A stretch of DNA of 57,576 bases, the filler included, from Sphacelaria rigidula (Eukaryota): assembly GCA_964200075.2 (NCBI GenBank). It is 6 parts of 6 records of this genome, joined end to end, with 100 filler letters (N's around TTAATTAATTAA, not from the genome) between each part and the next. Parts side by side here need not be neighbours in the genome. Positions count along the whole stretch, not along the records: positions 1 to 9,513 come from CAXNAA020008321.1; positions 9,614 to 19,126 come from CAXNAA020008322.1; 4 more parts are not named here. One strand, written 5' to 3'. Shown piece by piece: positions 1 to 11,993 of this stretch. Within the stretch, counting starts at the first letter, position 1; the number at the start of each line of letters is the position of its first letter. Position numbers and translations under genes: made by a program. Under the pieces are notes generated by a model that did no database searches, was not told the origin of the DNA, and saw only the letters and a program-made list of their open reading frames with translations.

Positions 1-70
1 GTAGGGACGCGAGGTCAATGGTCTTACGACTATGGCATGCATGATCATGAGTACCCCCCCCCCCCTCCCT
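1..70 (-). repeat. End of the dispersed G-tract repeat family (GGGG-TGTACTCATGATCATGCATGCCATAG...)
   Basis: Reverse complement matches copies at 13846, 15741, 21990-22060, 41340, 57375 and 57490. Confidence 0.85.
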
Positions 71-513
71 TCATGCACCACCTGGAGGTTTTATAGGAAT
101 AAATGTTTACGCCGGCTAGCGGTTGGAATCTCACCTTTTTATTCACATATCTTCTACGCGTGTTAGGTCACCCAACCAACGATCGCCGCCAGATATTTTC
201 CGTGAGTTTAAGATCTCTGCTTCAGAGGGTATCCACCACTTTTGGCTCCCACCGTTCTGGTGGGATCTGGAATATGAATCCTGGACCTTAGGTTCGTCAC
301 GCGTACAGCTATCCCATGGTGTCGCCAATGTGAAAAGGGGATTCCTTGACAGACACTTGTGGAAAAGTTGCCCTTCTACATGGTGGGCCCCACACACTGT
401 GTGGTATATAGACGACAAAACGCGTTAGATCTACACGGAGACACTGCGAGAGATTTCGTCAGCGCGTCCGTCCTGTTCTCTGCGTCGTCGAATTGTCATG
501 TTTGCTTGACCAG

Positions 514-651
514 ATAGCGCGACAGGCTGCGGCTGCTGCAAGTGGTCGGGGAACGAGGGGGGGGACGGAGAGTGTGGCTGGTCTCAGGGAGGACGAGCGC
601 ATATCGATGGCCAAGGTGTCCAGCATGATGACTAGCAGCGTTCATGTGGAG
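514..651 (+). CDS. Internal exon (phase 0/0) of the probable subtilisin-like protease gene
   Basis: ttgaccAG acceptor and GTGAGT donor; 138 nt open (IARQAAAAASGRGTRGGTESVAGLREDERISMAKVSSMMTSSVHVE); joins in phase to 3207. Confidence 0.65.
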
Positions 652-999
652 GTGAGTTCATGATACTATGATAGTGCTTCGACGATCACTCCGTACAGCA
701 CCAGGATAGATAAATGTCGAACCACTCTTCGATGACGAGAAACGGCAGTTCGTGGGCACTATGGTAAACGACGGTATTGCGAAACACTGAAGAGCATTGA
801 AAAACACCCTGCGAGCCTACACTAAGCCTTTTATAGATACGAAATATTTCGAAGCGATATCCAAGGTGGAAAATAGGGTGGAGAATGACTGCCGAAATGT
901 GCCCCGAGAGTGGGGCTTCAGTTGCAGCTCACGTTGCAACAAGATATCATGGGTAGTAGTAGTGCAGGAATTACTGTGGCGGGGTGCAACTGCAGGCGT

Positions 1000-2480
1000 G
1001 GAGCAGCATGCTGTAGAGGAAGGACCAGCCACGGGTTTGAAGGGCGTCGATAGATGGTAAAATATCAACGGTGCGCTTCCATACCTCAAACTGACTCGAA
1101 ACTAGCAACAATGTTTGGGACCATGACTTACGGCAGTGTTCACAACACGCGCACGGAGACGTATTCTCTCGCGAGGCTTTCCCCGTGTTGTCATCGTTAA
1201 TATTGTCAAGGACATGAGGGTAGCACCATCTTTGCACTGAACCGAAAAATTGTGAGTCAGGCCTTGAAATGTACAAAATATTATTGTGCTGTTCCACGGC
1301 CTCGCAAGACTCACCCAAGCTTTGATGAGATGATTTGTTTCAAAAGACACCGAGCGCACTATCTGACAACGAGCAATTCTACGGTAGGGGTGCACCTTTT
1401 GCGCAAACTCTTGCCTGGTTCAGGGGTTCCTAACGATTCTAGATGCACAATAACATGGGTCAGGACATCCCCGTTTGCAAATTTATTCGGGATATCCCCA
1501 GCACATTGGAATGATAGTCCTGGCGTGCTCTCACACATGTTCATAAGTCGAGTTTTGGATGAGATAAAGGACTCCAAATAATTATAACAGAAAATATTTG
1601 TGCACCCCTACCCTAGCATCACTTCAACACCACACTTCAAATATTGACGCGAGGGTACATGCGATTCCGTTTGCCTACACAAGGAACATTAACAGATAAT
1701 GTTGGATTGGCAAGTTAGAAACGACCTTCTCTTCTCACAAGTGAAGGCAATCGTCGTTTTTCGGGATTTATGGGCTGAAATATTTGTCGTGCAGGTCGTA
1801 TTTGCAGAAACTCAGGAACTGATCTCCGATCTGAAGAAAAAAGAGACAGAGTGATACGCTTTGTTGTTTCTTGTGCAAGCCTTGAAAAAATATCCGTTCC
1901 TCTTTTGTGCGGTGTGGTCCGTTGATATAATCGTACGGAAGTTTTCACAACATAGTTCTATGGAGAAGTGGTCTAAGAGTTGTGTACCAGCATTTTTGTT
2001 ATTCCGTGCTCCCTCGAGCTCCTTGACTCCAACGCGTCTATTTTCGGGAGGGATGGTAGCAAAGCATGTCTCCAAACCAGGCGTGCCTCTTGCAAGCACC
2101 GAGGCACTCAAAACGAAGGATACTGGATGTCTAAAGTGAGGCGACATGCAACATCGAATACCATGTGTCGGATCCACGGCCTAGTATGACATTGTCTCTC
2201 GGATGCGAGGTACACGGAAGATAATGGGGTAATGCATTTTTTATCGTCGCTCCTCCCTGTTCAATGCTCGTGCTTCTTTTCCCACGAGTGCAGTAAAATA
2301 CACCGTTGCTCATTCGTTCAATTCTTATCTGCTTGCAGCACCTGAGCGTGAATTCTTGACGGAAATTTCTTGCAAAGTGAAGAAAAAAGTAGGCTTTGAT
2401 CGTCTTCCCGTGATGTGATTTTCCATCGTCTCGCCCGTGCTGCGGTGAATGATGTTTGCAGTCCCCTCAGGTGAACGCCA
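1000..2480 (-). mobile_element. Decayed non-LTR retrotransposon (LINE, RTE-like) reverse transcriptase relic, antisense inside an intron
   Basis: Frameshifted motif remnants in the correct order on the minus strand: GKRST (~2275, cf. GFRxxRST), VDPT (~2170, cf. VDxxKAFD), NDDCL (~1755, cf. YADD), YLESFIS (~1575, cf. YLGSxI). Boundaries approximate. Confidence 0.55.
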
Positions 2481-3206
2481 AAACAACTGTATCAATCTCA
2501 ACACAAAACAAACCCCGCTGGCGGATATACTCACTTTTAAATTCGACCAGACCCTCACACCTACCGAAAAACACTGCGCCCTCGTTTACGTCTCGTATGT
2601 GTGCATAGGTTTAATGATGTATACATATTGTGATTATTTCGCATGTTTGTTGCACATCGAGTTTGCAAAAATAGTTAAAGTGCGACAATCAATCAATCAA
2701 TCAAAAATCAAAGCATGCCGGGCCTGGTATTGGAAGAAGATGAAACCAAATCGCATATGTTTTTCCGCTCCGCCGCTCCTGCGATGCTTCCGCCCAAGAC
2801 CAGACACCACCCTCGGGGGGAAGCGTTTTGTCTTGGGCTATGCCCTGGCCTGACTGCTGCACCGTAACAACCGATGTGGTATACATGCATGTGTTGCTTA
2901 GACGTGCCAGCCCGCGTTTTCCAACACGATGACACACTACAGAAGTAGAGTCAGGAGCAGTACAACAAGATAACATACGCGATAGATCAGAGAAATCCCC
3001 GAGCAAGCTTTAGCAATCGTTACGCTCGTATGCATTGGCCAAACAAGTCCTGTAGATCCATCATTCATTACCTTAACGTCAAACCTACCACATTCGTCAC
3101 GGCTCCCATCACTTTTTCTCCTTTACTGCCGGCGACCCCACCCACCTTATCCCGCCTCAAAACACATCTCGCCCCTTCACACGCTGCCTGATCTCGCGCG
3201 GTATAG

Positions 3207-4550
3207 CTTGCTGGCAACGAAGAATTGTTTGGTTGCCTGCTGGAACTGGAGTGGTCTCGATTTCACACCCTACCAAGGAAGACACGGAGCCCGTTCTTGG
3301 TGTGCGGCGAGGCGGGACGGAAAAACGCTAAGCGTCTTCGACAGCTGGCGGGCGGGTCGCGATACGTGCAGACGCTGTCGAACAAGAAGGAGCAGCCCCT
3401 GTGCTCGGTGGCGAGCCTCGATCGCGCGTCGGTGGAGCTCGTAATGACCGATGGCCGCGACGATGGTGGCAGTGGAGGGAGGGGCACCTTTTCTCTGCAG
3501 CCGCTCACGCACCTCGCAAAGCTTGCGCCCGCCGTCGCCAGTGACCCCACGCCGTCGGCGCTGGTGCAGTCGGGGTACAATAGTTCAGTGTGGGAGAGTG
3601 AAGACGGCGCAGTGCTGGCGTCCGCGGGCCACGAAAATAGCCTTCATGATCGAACCGGCCGTGATAATAACACTAGAAATAGGCCGGGTGGAAGTGGTGA
3701 GGGTGCGGCGGCACCGACGACAGCGACACCGACTGTCGCCGCTGCAGCGCAGGCAGCTAGACCGAGAATGGGACGTCTCGTGGAGCACTCGCGAACGGGC
3801 CTGGTCGATGCCATCGAGATTCACCTTACGCCCGGGTCGCAATGGGGGCAGCAAGAGACGGATCGCTTGGCGAGGCGCTGGATAGACTTCGCGGATGACC
3901 AGGCTTCTCTGGCCAAGATTCTTAAGCGAGACCATTTTTGGGGTCAGGAGCCACCACAGCAGCAGCACAGACGAAGGACACAAGCTGCGACCGGCAACGA
4001 TGATGCGGACGCAGCGGGATTGAGGTCGGTGGGCGGTACCAAGAGAAGCTCAGCAAGTGAAGAAGGCGCTCAAGAACCAGAGGATGTCGAAACCACAGTC
4101 CCCATCAAGCGGCAGAGAAAGACCGCGAGCAATATGGGCGGCAGACGGAAGCGCCTGGAAGTGGAGTATGACTTGTCGCACGAGGGCATGAAGAGAACGG
4201 GGTGGGCTGATCTGCTGGAGCATGTGCACAACGGGCGGGGCGAGAGGCAGTGGTCGCTAGGACGGAATTGGGGGCGTCGGTCGCCAGGGTCGTGCGGTTT
4301 CGCGGCGGCGCAATACACAGTCGGCCCAAGTGGGGAAAAGATTTTGATACATAGGCCGCATGAGATCGGTGAAGGTGGAGGAGTAGGGAGTGATGATGAA
4401 GGTGGTTGCCTGACGGCGCTATTAGCGTTCGTCTCGATACAACCGGAGGTGAGGCACGTGAAGGCAAGGCGGCGGAGCGCGACGATGAATCGCGATGCTG
4501 CGTGGGTTGTTCAGTCCGGGGTCAACGAATCTTGGCCGCTGTGGGAACAG
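3207..4550 (+). CDS. Large internal exon (448 codons) of a probable S8 subtilisin-like (Kp43/TagC-type) protease precursor, pro-region
   Basis: Pyrimidine-rich tract then TAG acceptor at 3206; CAG|GTACGT donor at 4551; 1344 nt, phase 0/0. The C-terminus QPEVRHV..MNRDAAWVVQSGVNESWPLWEQ resembles the pro/mature junction that precedes GLxGxG...DTG in Kp43-like subtilases. The catalytic exons were not found in this contig. ORF residues after 4550 are intron read-through. Confidence 0.7.
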
Positions 4551-6656
4551 GTACGTCCCTTTGCGTTTCTGTGGTACATGCTTCATTTTTGCCCCCCTCG
4601 CGTACGATCAATTACTCACGTCGTACAGGACCGACCTTTCGTATGTTTATGTTCCCTGTTGCTGCTTCTCGCTATACCCGACCCTTCGATGATGTTTGTA
4701 CGTTCGTTCGCTAGTGTAGTTTGACAGCGTATTGACCTTCCGGTTGCGAGCCCGTCTCTGGACAGCAATTTTGCTGACAGCCCCATGGTGGGTGGTGAAG
4801 TGAACAGATAAACATGAGATCGCAGTTTTCGAAGAGAAAATATCACAAGCAGCGACCATTGAGGCTACTCGTGAGTTCAAGGAAAAAGTTGACTTTTATG
4901 AACAGCACACGGTACGGACCTGGTTAAAGAAGGGATGTTTGCAATGGGAACCGGAGCTTCCTCGAAAATTTACCCCCTGAAGGTTGGTCATTAGTGCTCT
5001 TGTTGTCGCTGCGAAACCCCCCCCCCCATCAACTGTCGTATATGCGTTCAAGACGCTCAGCAAGATCCCCAGCACTTGAATCAGGCAAGCGCTCCCATGT
5101 TTACGTACGCCTCCGAGGACTACAATGCTCTGAGTGTTTGCGTTCCTTGCATTTAGTGTCCATGCCACGGTGTGGCCCAGCTTCACACACGTTTGGAGGA
5201 CATTGACTTCGAAATCTGTAAGCCCATCATTGCACCGTACACTATAGGATTGGGATGAAATATCACTACTACAGAACGGCATCCCGAACGCCGTAGTTAT
5301 CTCGTTATGGAATGTCTAGCGAGACCACCCCGACCACGTCGGACCGTTTGACAACGATACAACTGAAGGTGTCGCCATGCAGTATGCCGAATAAAAATTT
5401 CAAGAAAAAAGACGCCCATGCTCAGATCTGTCCATCCCAGCCTTGCTTAGGGTCCGTTTGAGCGAGAAAAGAGAAGTGAGAACGCGCCGTGAGATTAAGG
5501 GTGATTCTGGCGGTTTTGATGGGTTTTTTTTCTTTCTGATCCTTCCGATTGGTTGAGAGCCGATGGGCAACCAATTGGAAAAAGAGAAAAAAAAAGTTAC
5601 GAAAAACGTCAGAAGCTCTCTCACTCTCACGGTGCGTTCTCGCTTTTCCTTGTTTTGCTATAAAGATCCCTTACAACCACAGGGTTCTCAGGTAACTGGA
5701 CGGGTGGCGAACGAATCACCCATACCTGTAGCAGAGGCGGCATTTTTTGTTCGAGGTAGATGAGGGATGTGTGTCTGTGTCCTAAGATCCATCGGAGAGG
5801 CGAATGCGTGCCCCACATCGCGTGTTTGATAGTCAATAATGTACTAAAGCACAAATGAACGTTTTGCACAGGTGTTCTTTATGTCTTGACAGTGAGCATC
5901 CGTGTTCGGGGTGATCAACGGTTGAACGCCAGGCCCCGCATTTTCCCTTCTTTTCCAGCCCTGGCGTAAAAATTACGTGGCCACAACCCCCCCCCGAAAC
6001 GTCTGAGGAAACAAGCATAGATATCATGAATCCTCCTGCGCGCTCCTCACTTCGATATTTAGTGGTTTCTACAAGACATCTTCACCGAGGCACGGCAGCA
6101 AATCCCGCGTCATACCGCGCGACGTGATGGTGGAATTGCGGACGCTGGTGTATAACCGGAGATCTGGTTCACAAAGAGAACTGAAGCAACGTGTGGTCCT
6201 CTCGAGTTTTCCAGCGCAGCAAAGATGGTATTTTGTTTTCAAGATCGTTTTGCACATGAAAATTCCGATATCTAGATGGGATTTCACACGTTGTACAGGG
6301 TACCGTAACGCATAATCACGGGAGAACAGAGGAAAACACTGAGAAACACAACACCACACTAGACCTACAGCAGCTTTTACTTTGAAATGGTGGGCTCGAG
6401 CTCGCTCCCAGGTTGAGGACGACCATTTTTCGGTGAATGAGGTCTCGAGGACCACCACTAAGAATCCCGTGCGGCTTGTTGCATGCCGCTCTCTGTGAGC
6501 TGATTGATGATCTAGTGCGTGAACATTCCACATTTTTGTCATCCGCAAAAAGGGGTCGTTGAAGAACATAAATATCTCGAAGATAGTCTGTCTTGGCACG
6601 TATGTCGAGGCGGGGGGATGAAGGCAAAATGCGGACTGCGCATGAACTAGAGTATG

Positions 6657-7263
6657 CTTCCTCTGTCCCATAAGTAAAGTCCGTTATGGAGGATAGACCG
6701 TACCTCACCAACGGAGGTGCTCACGATGTTATGGTTAGGTTCGTTGAAAATATATAGTTGTGGAGATGACCACTGGAAAAAAACATAAACAAAATAATCG
6801 ACCTGCAACCTTAGAATCGTTGGGTCAAACATGGCCAAATTTCGACCAAATCCCGTCCAATCCGTACATTTTCGGCCGAATTTCGACAAATTTGGCTTGT
6901 TTTGAAGTAATTCAAGGCTGCAACGTAAACCAATGGTTTCGGACCAGGCGAAGCTATTGTATGCCAGCGATGAACCGGAGAAAAAGAGCCCGTTATGCTT
7001 TTTTTCGCGATTTTTGCCGTTTTTCGGGTCCTCAGGGTTCTTCTCTGTGTTTTGGAAAAGGGGCGAAATATGGCTGTTTTGGGGCCGACTGATCGTTTAT
7101 CGGTCGTTCGCGCACGCTGGCTGCTGCGCAAACAGAAAAAAAAAGACGTGATTCCTCTGAAAAACCCCTGAAGATTAGAAAAAGAAAATCGCCCAGGGCA
7201 TTCATTGCACACGGGTAAGGGTCCGTGTGATCATAACGGACTTTACTCATGGGACAGAGGAAG
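6657..7263. mobile_element. Non-autonomous TIR element (Stowaway/Tc1-mariner-like MITE)
   Basis: 32-bp TIR CTTCCTCTGTCCCATaAGTAAAGTCCGTTATG / CATAACGGACTTTACTCATGGGACAGAGGAAG (1 mismatch), resembling the Stowaway CTCCCTCCGTCCC end. Interior resembles 37120-37430. Confidence 0.75.
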
Positions 7264-8173
7264 CATCTATTCAAGGGCGCCCGTCCCTTCGCGATATCAG
7301 TGAGAGCTTACCCAGAGTGTAGATCTGCGCAATACATTGAGTGCATCGCTTGTTCACAGCGCCACTCTTGTAAAACATGAGGGGGGGCGTACCCATTTTT
7401 TACTTGCCTTAGTCGTTTGACCATTGACCACGCATCCCTTTCGAGATTGAGCACCGTTTAACACTAGGGGGGGCGTTCATCTGGCTGCCGGGACTAGCTT
7501 CAGCTGGTCGATAAGGCGAGCCCCCGATACTCGCTGATGCTAGAAATGCAGTAGCATACTCTACAGACAGGGCACACTAGTACAGAGCACATTTCCGAAG
7601 TTTATAGTCAATGAACAGGTGGGAGCAAAGACGATGTTTCAGGTCCGGGAGTGATCTCACTATTGGAGGGAAGGGGGGTGGGGTGTTTGATTCCACTCAG
7701 AAAGGGCTCAGGGGTGTGTCAGATGACCTAAACACATCGACGGTGCGCTTGTTTTTGAGTAAATACAATGTGAAGCAAGATAAATGAGTGCTTTTTATCG
7801 GTAATGCGTGCGTTCGAACAATCGTTGCTACTGTCACCGACGATCTGAAGTAGAATTTTGCCTAAGAGATACGCTAGATTACCCCCCTCCCTATCGTAGG
7901 ATGACTCGCAGGCAAATGTGCACTCAGTGCACAGGTGCGTGGCTAAGGTGCCACGTTACAAGCTCGTCACGAGGCAATCCATCCTCCTTTCGAATACGTG
8001 ACTGTGCTGCTGCTGCTGCTGCTCAACCCGTCCGTGTCGTAGTACATAGTGGGCACACCCAGCAGGCAGAAAGACCGATGGGTGTCTCAGAAAGCTTCCG
8101 GAGTCGTCGTCAGATTGACACCAGTGTATTAGCGTTGCGTTGAGCGTAGAGATGGAAAAATGTTGAACGACAA

Positions 8174-8739
8174 GTGATTTTACAAATTGGGGATGGGTTT
8201 TTAATTGGGGATGGGTTTTCAATTGGGGATGGGTTTTTAATTGGGGATGGATTTTTTACTGGGGATATTTTTTTTTATTTGGGATGGTTTTTTTATTGGG
8301 GATGGTTTTTTTATTGGGGATGGGATTTTTATTGGGGATGGGATTTTTGTTGGGGATGAGAACCCGGAGAATTCAAATCTTCATATCCACACCAAATCTT
8401 CGGAATGTGGATCCATTTTTTCACTTGCTGGTAGCTATTAAAAACTACTACACGCCTTACAACTTTGGATTTCGATAACCGAAATGTTGGGGTCCTAGGT
8501 GAAAAACCAATTTTAGGGTCCGATCGGATCACCATAATTCCCCCAAATTGGTTTTTCACCTGGAACCCCAACATTTCGGTTATCGAAATCCAAATTTGTA
8601 TGACGTGCAGCAGTTGTCAATAGTCACCAGCAAGTGAAAAAATGGAACCATATTTCGAAGATTTGGTGTGGATACGAAGATTTGAATTCTCCGGGTTCTC
8701 ACTCCCAATATAAAATCCATCCCCAATTTGTAAAATCAC
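8174..8739. mobile_element. Fold-back (near-fully palindromic) element with a minisatellite in the left arm
   Basis: Termini GTGATTTTACAAATTGGGGATGG / CCATCCCCAATTTGTAAAATCAC; arms pair to a centre near TCCGATCGGA (~8523); about 10 copies of an ~18-bp ATTGGGGATGGGTTTTT unit at 8185-8360. Confidence 0.85.
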
Positions 8740-9411
8740 GTGTTAAATACCGCATAAGCATTCTTGAACCGTCCAGGATTGTTTTGAGTATATTCGCAGC
8801 ATGGCACCTAGACACTTCTCGGCGATGTACTGTGTCTTTTTTTACATAACGACGCACCGAGGGAGCGCAGACAAAGCAAGGGGTGGAGATCCCCACTAGC
8901 TTGGTATTGAGCTTTTAACCGCAGCGCTCGGAATGTCGTAGATAACCGCCATTCCGCACAGCAGACAGGTCCGCACATTGACGGGCTTTTTTACAGATTT
9001 GTTGCGTCGTTGAATCATCATCGGGTAGAAAAGATGAAAATAGCGAGTGTAGTTTAGCTGACGGCTGAAATTCGAAGTATTGTATTCCTGACCAAGGGTC
9101 TGTCAAAAATATATCTCGGGACACGTAGGCCCCAAGATCGAAAATTCGAGTTTTTGAGGGGGGTAAGGGGGGGGGGGGGGGACACCTGGCCGGGGGTCCG
9201 CTGTTTTTTTGGTGAAGGGTGGGNNNNNNNNNNTATCACGAGGGGGGGTTTTTATAAATAAATGGGGGGGGGCGTGGGGGCCCCAAGGAGGAATGTGGGG
9301 GTGTGGGGGGGGGGGGGGGGGGGGGGGGGGACACCTAGCCGTGTGTCCGCTGTTTTTTTGCCGAAGCGTTGGCGGATGCGGTCAGCTGCTGTAGACAGTA
9401 GAGATCCTTAT

Positions 9412-9513
9412 AACACTTCCTACGATAGCCCCCCCCCAAAAAGCGCATGGTTTTGGGAGGCAAAATGTTCACGTAAATCGAAATGGAAAAAGCCGAGCAC
9501 AACGAGAAGCTGG
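9412..9513 (+). repeat. End of the ACACTTCCTACGATAGCCCCCCC TIR family
   Basis: Matches 15515-15620 and the right part (reverse complement) of 48538-48753. Confidence 0.7.
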
Positions 9514-9613
9514 NNNNNNNNNNNNNNNNNNNNNNNNNNNNNNNNNNNNNNNNNNNNTTAATTAATTAANNNNNNNNNNNNNNNNNNNNNNNNNNNNNNN
9601 NNNNNNNNNNNNN
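9514..9613. other. Artificial contig linker (N44-TTAATTAATTAA-N44)
   Basis: 100-bp spacer; TTAATTAATTAA gives stops in all six frames; identical copies at four other positions. Confidence 0.97.
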
Positions 9614-9782
9614 ATCTGACTCGAAATTTCGAGCAACAAATGGCCCAAAATACCCCCCCCCCTATCGTAGGATGACTCGGAAATTTGGCTAAGTTAAGGC
9701 GAATGATCAAAGCCACTCTCGAATGATCAAGGCCACTTTCAATCCGCGCTCTACTCTCAAATCTCACGAAAACGTTGTTCAT

Positions 9783-9905
9783 AGTCGCTCTCCACTATTG
9801 GGCATGGTGTGAGAAAAAATAGAGGACCAATCCGAGATTTGAACCTGTTCGACCCAACCGTCAAAAGGTTTCGTAGTAATCAACTGAGCCACCGGGGCGA
9901 CCGAC
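9783..9905 (-). mobile_element. tRNA-derived SINE family A, 5' head only
   Basis: Minus strand GTCGGTCGCCCCGGTGGCTCAGTTGA (A box) ... GGTTCAAATC (B box); matches 55600-55722. Confidence 0.7.
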
Positions 9906-11141
9906 TGACATTTGGTCGTCCTTAAAAAATAACATGAGCCTTTGTATGTCACTTATGTTGAGCGCGTTGTTGGCTTGAAATGCAGGCGCTATCAATTTTT
10001 GGCGAAAACAATATTGTATGAACGACTTTCACTATAAGTAATCTGGGTTAGAATTTCCCGGTGATTAGAGTTCAGGTAACTTGGCTGACGATGGATTTGT
10101 CCGTATCAATTGCACCCAATCCATCCGATTCTGGTTGTTGTTTGGTCGTGAAAGGTTCGGCCCTGTTCCCGGTCTACCCAGACGATTACACCAGAGATAG
10201 GAACATGTCTGCAAATCTCACGTCAATGCGTTTGATGTCGTGACCAAGCTCTGTTCGAGTACGTGGCAAAGCACTACGACACTCTGGCCAAAGCCGAGGT
10301 GGTTGGAACGGCCGCATTCTTATCTACACGTCGATACCAAAAAAGCTGTACTCACTTCCCGGTGTAGCATGAGGTACAGTATGCCCGCAAAGATCTTGGC
10401 CCGTACCTCGAAATTTCGATGCTGTTTTAAGCGACACTCAGTCGTGTGAACGACCCGAACGTTTGTGACAAGTGGCTTACACGTACTTCAGTATCTTCCC
10501 TGATGCCACCGCAGTAAGCGGTGCATCCAACTGACGCCGAGATGCCGGCACAGGAGTCTAGGCTGTAACCATCAACAATACACCTCCAAACGTCTCTTCC
10601 GCTACCATGCCTCGGATTGAGTGGGTTTGAAAGCACCGATGATCTCGAGCTCAGACTACCAGAAATTGTATTAACAATAGTCTCAGGCGATCTTAACCCT
10701 TAGGCCGCGACGTCAGTGTTTCTGGATCATGCATATTTTTTTTCACTTGAAATTGATGCCGATTCAACAGAAGACTGACTTCGCTGTCTAAGGGTTAATC
10801 GCGATGATCTGGCCAGATTTCTGCCCCATAGTATTTGGTGAGGTGATCTGACCGCAGGTGTCTAGGCCGTCCAGCGATTATTTTTCAGCCCAGATCATCA
10901 CCCGTGACACTTAGCCTATGGGTCATTCTTGATAGTTTTCCACACCCAGGACAAAAAACATTTGGCAACAGTTGTACTGCGTACAGTGTTGCATATATTG
11001 TCTCTACTGCAATCGACAATGTATCTGATACTGTACGCAGGACATCTTTTGCCAAATGTAATCTGTTATCAAGGGTCTGCATTCTTCGCGGCGGAAAACA
11101 GACGCACGGAACAAAAACGAACCAAAGGAATCATGAATAAC

Positions 11142-11582
11142 AGCCGATCATCGAAATTGAGGATGGAGCTGTTCGTTGAGGATGAGAACCCGGAGGATTA
11201 AAATCTTCTTATCCACACCAAATCTCCGTTAAATATGGTTACATTCCTTCACCTAGTGGTAGCTATTGACTGACAAGTAGTACACCTCATACAAATTGTG
11301 ATTTCGATCACCGTAATGTTGGGTTCCTAGGTGAAAAACTAGTTTCGGGGAGTTTTGACGATCCGATCGGATCACCTAGATTCCCCAAATTTATTTCTTC
11401 ATCTAGGACCCCAACATTTCGGTTATAGAAATCCAAGTATATAGGTGTGAGGGCTGTAAATAGCTACCAGTATGTCAAGGAATGGAACCATATTATGAAA
11501 AGTTCATGTAGATACGAAGATTTTAATCCTCAGAGTTCTCATCCTCAATGAAAGGGTCTATCCTCAACGTCGATGATCGGCT
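11142..11582. mobile_element. Fold-back element sharing its core with 8174-8739 but with different outer TIRs
   Basis: Outer TIR AGCCGATCATCGA..TTGAGGAT / ATCCTCAA..TCGATGATCGGCT; inner GATGAGAACCCGGAG...GATCCGATCGGATC...GTTCTCATC core aligns with 8355-8702. Confidence 0.85.
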
Positions 11583-11840
11583 CGTAAATGCCAAAAAATG
11601 AGTATCGCCTGACAGTGAGATGGTTTTTCGGAAACTCATCACGGAACCCCAGCGTGGCAGACTAAAACACGGGGCTGCTGCACCCACCGCGACAATGACA
11701 CTTTTCCCAAACACTGAAGGAGGACGGCGGTGGCGCGTAAGCATCGCAGTGGTGCCATATCAAGCACCCCCTGGCGTGGTGGGAGGGTGCGCTTTGCAAT
11801 AATGGTGTGCGCTAGTTCTGCATTTGGAGCAGGTCTGAGC

Positions 11841-11993
11841 ATGACTCGACCGCTGTTCAAATTTGGACAACAACAGTCCAGTACGGGTGCTCGCATGGCT
11901 GAGGGTGACGCGGCAGAGCCGAGTGACAGGGTATGCGACGAGTTGAGCGACTTGCGATGCGGTAGTAACCATGGTCTTTTCTCAATCGACAAG
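11841..11993 (+). CDS. CFAP74: Candidate first coding exon of CFAP74
   Basis: ATG at 11841, 51 codons (MTRPLFKFGQQQ...LFSIDK), AAG|GTGCCG donor, phase 0. Confidence 0.45.

Noticed and set aside
4551..4724. Hydrophobic C-terminus of the 499-aa ORF as a membrane anchor
   Set aside because: It lies after the CAG|GTACGT donor and is intron read-through.
8917..9390. Apparent duplication around the 10-N gap with poly-G runs
   Set aside because: Likely low-quality overlapping reads at homopolymers.
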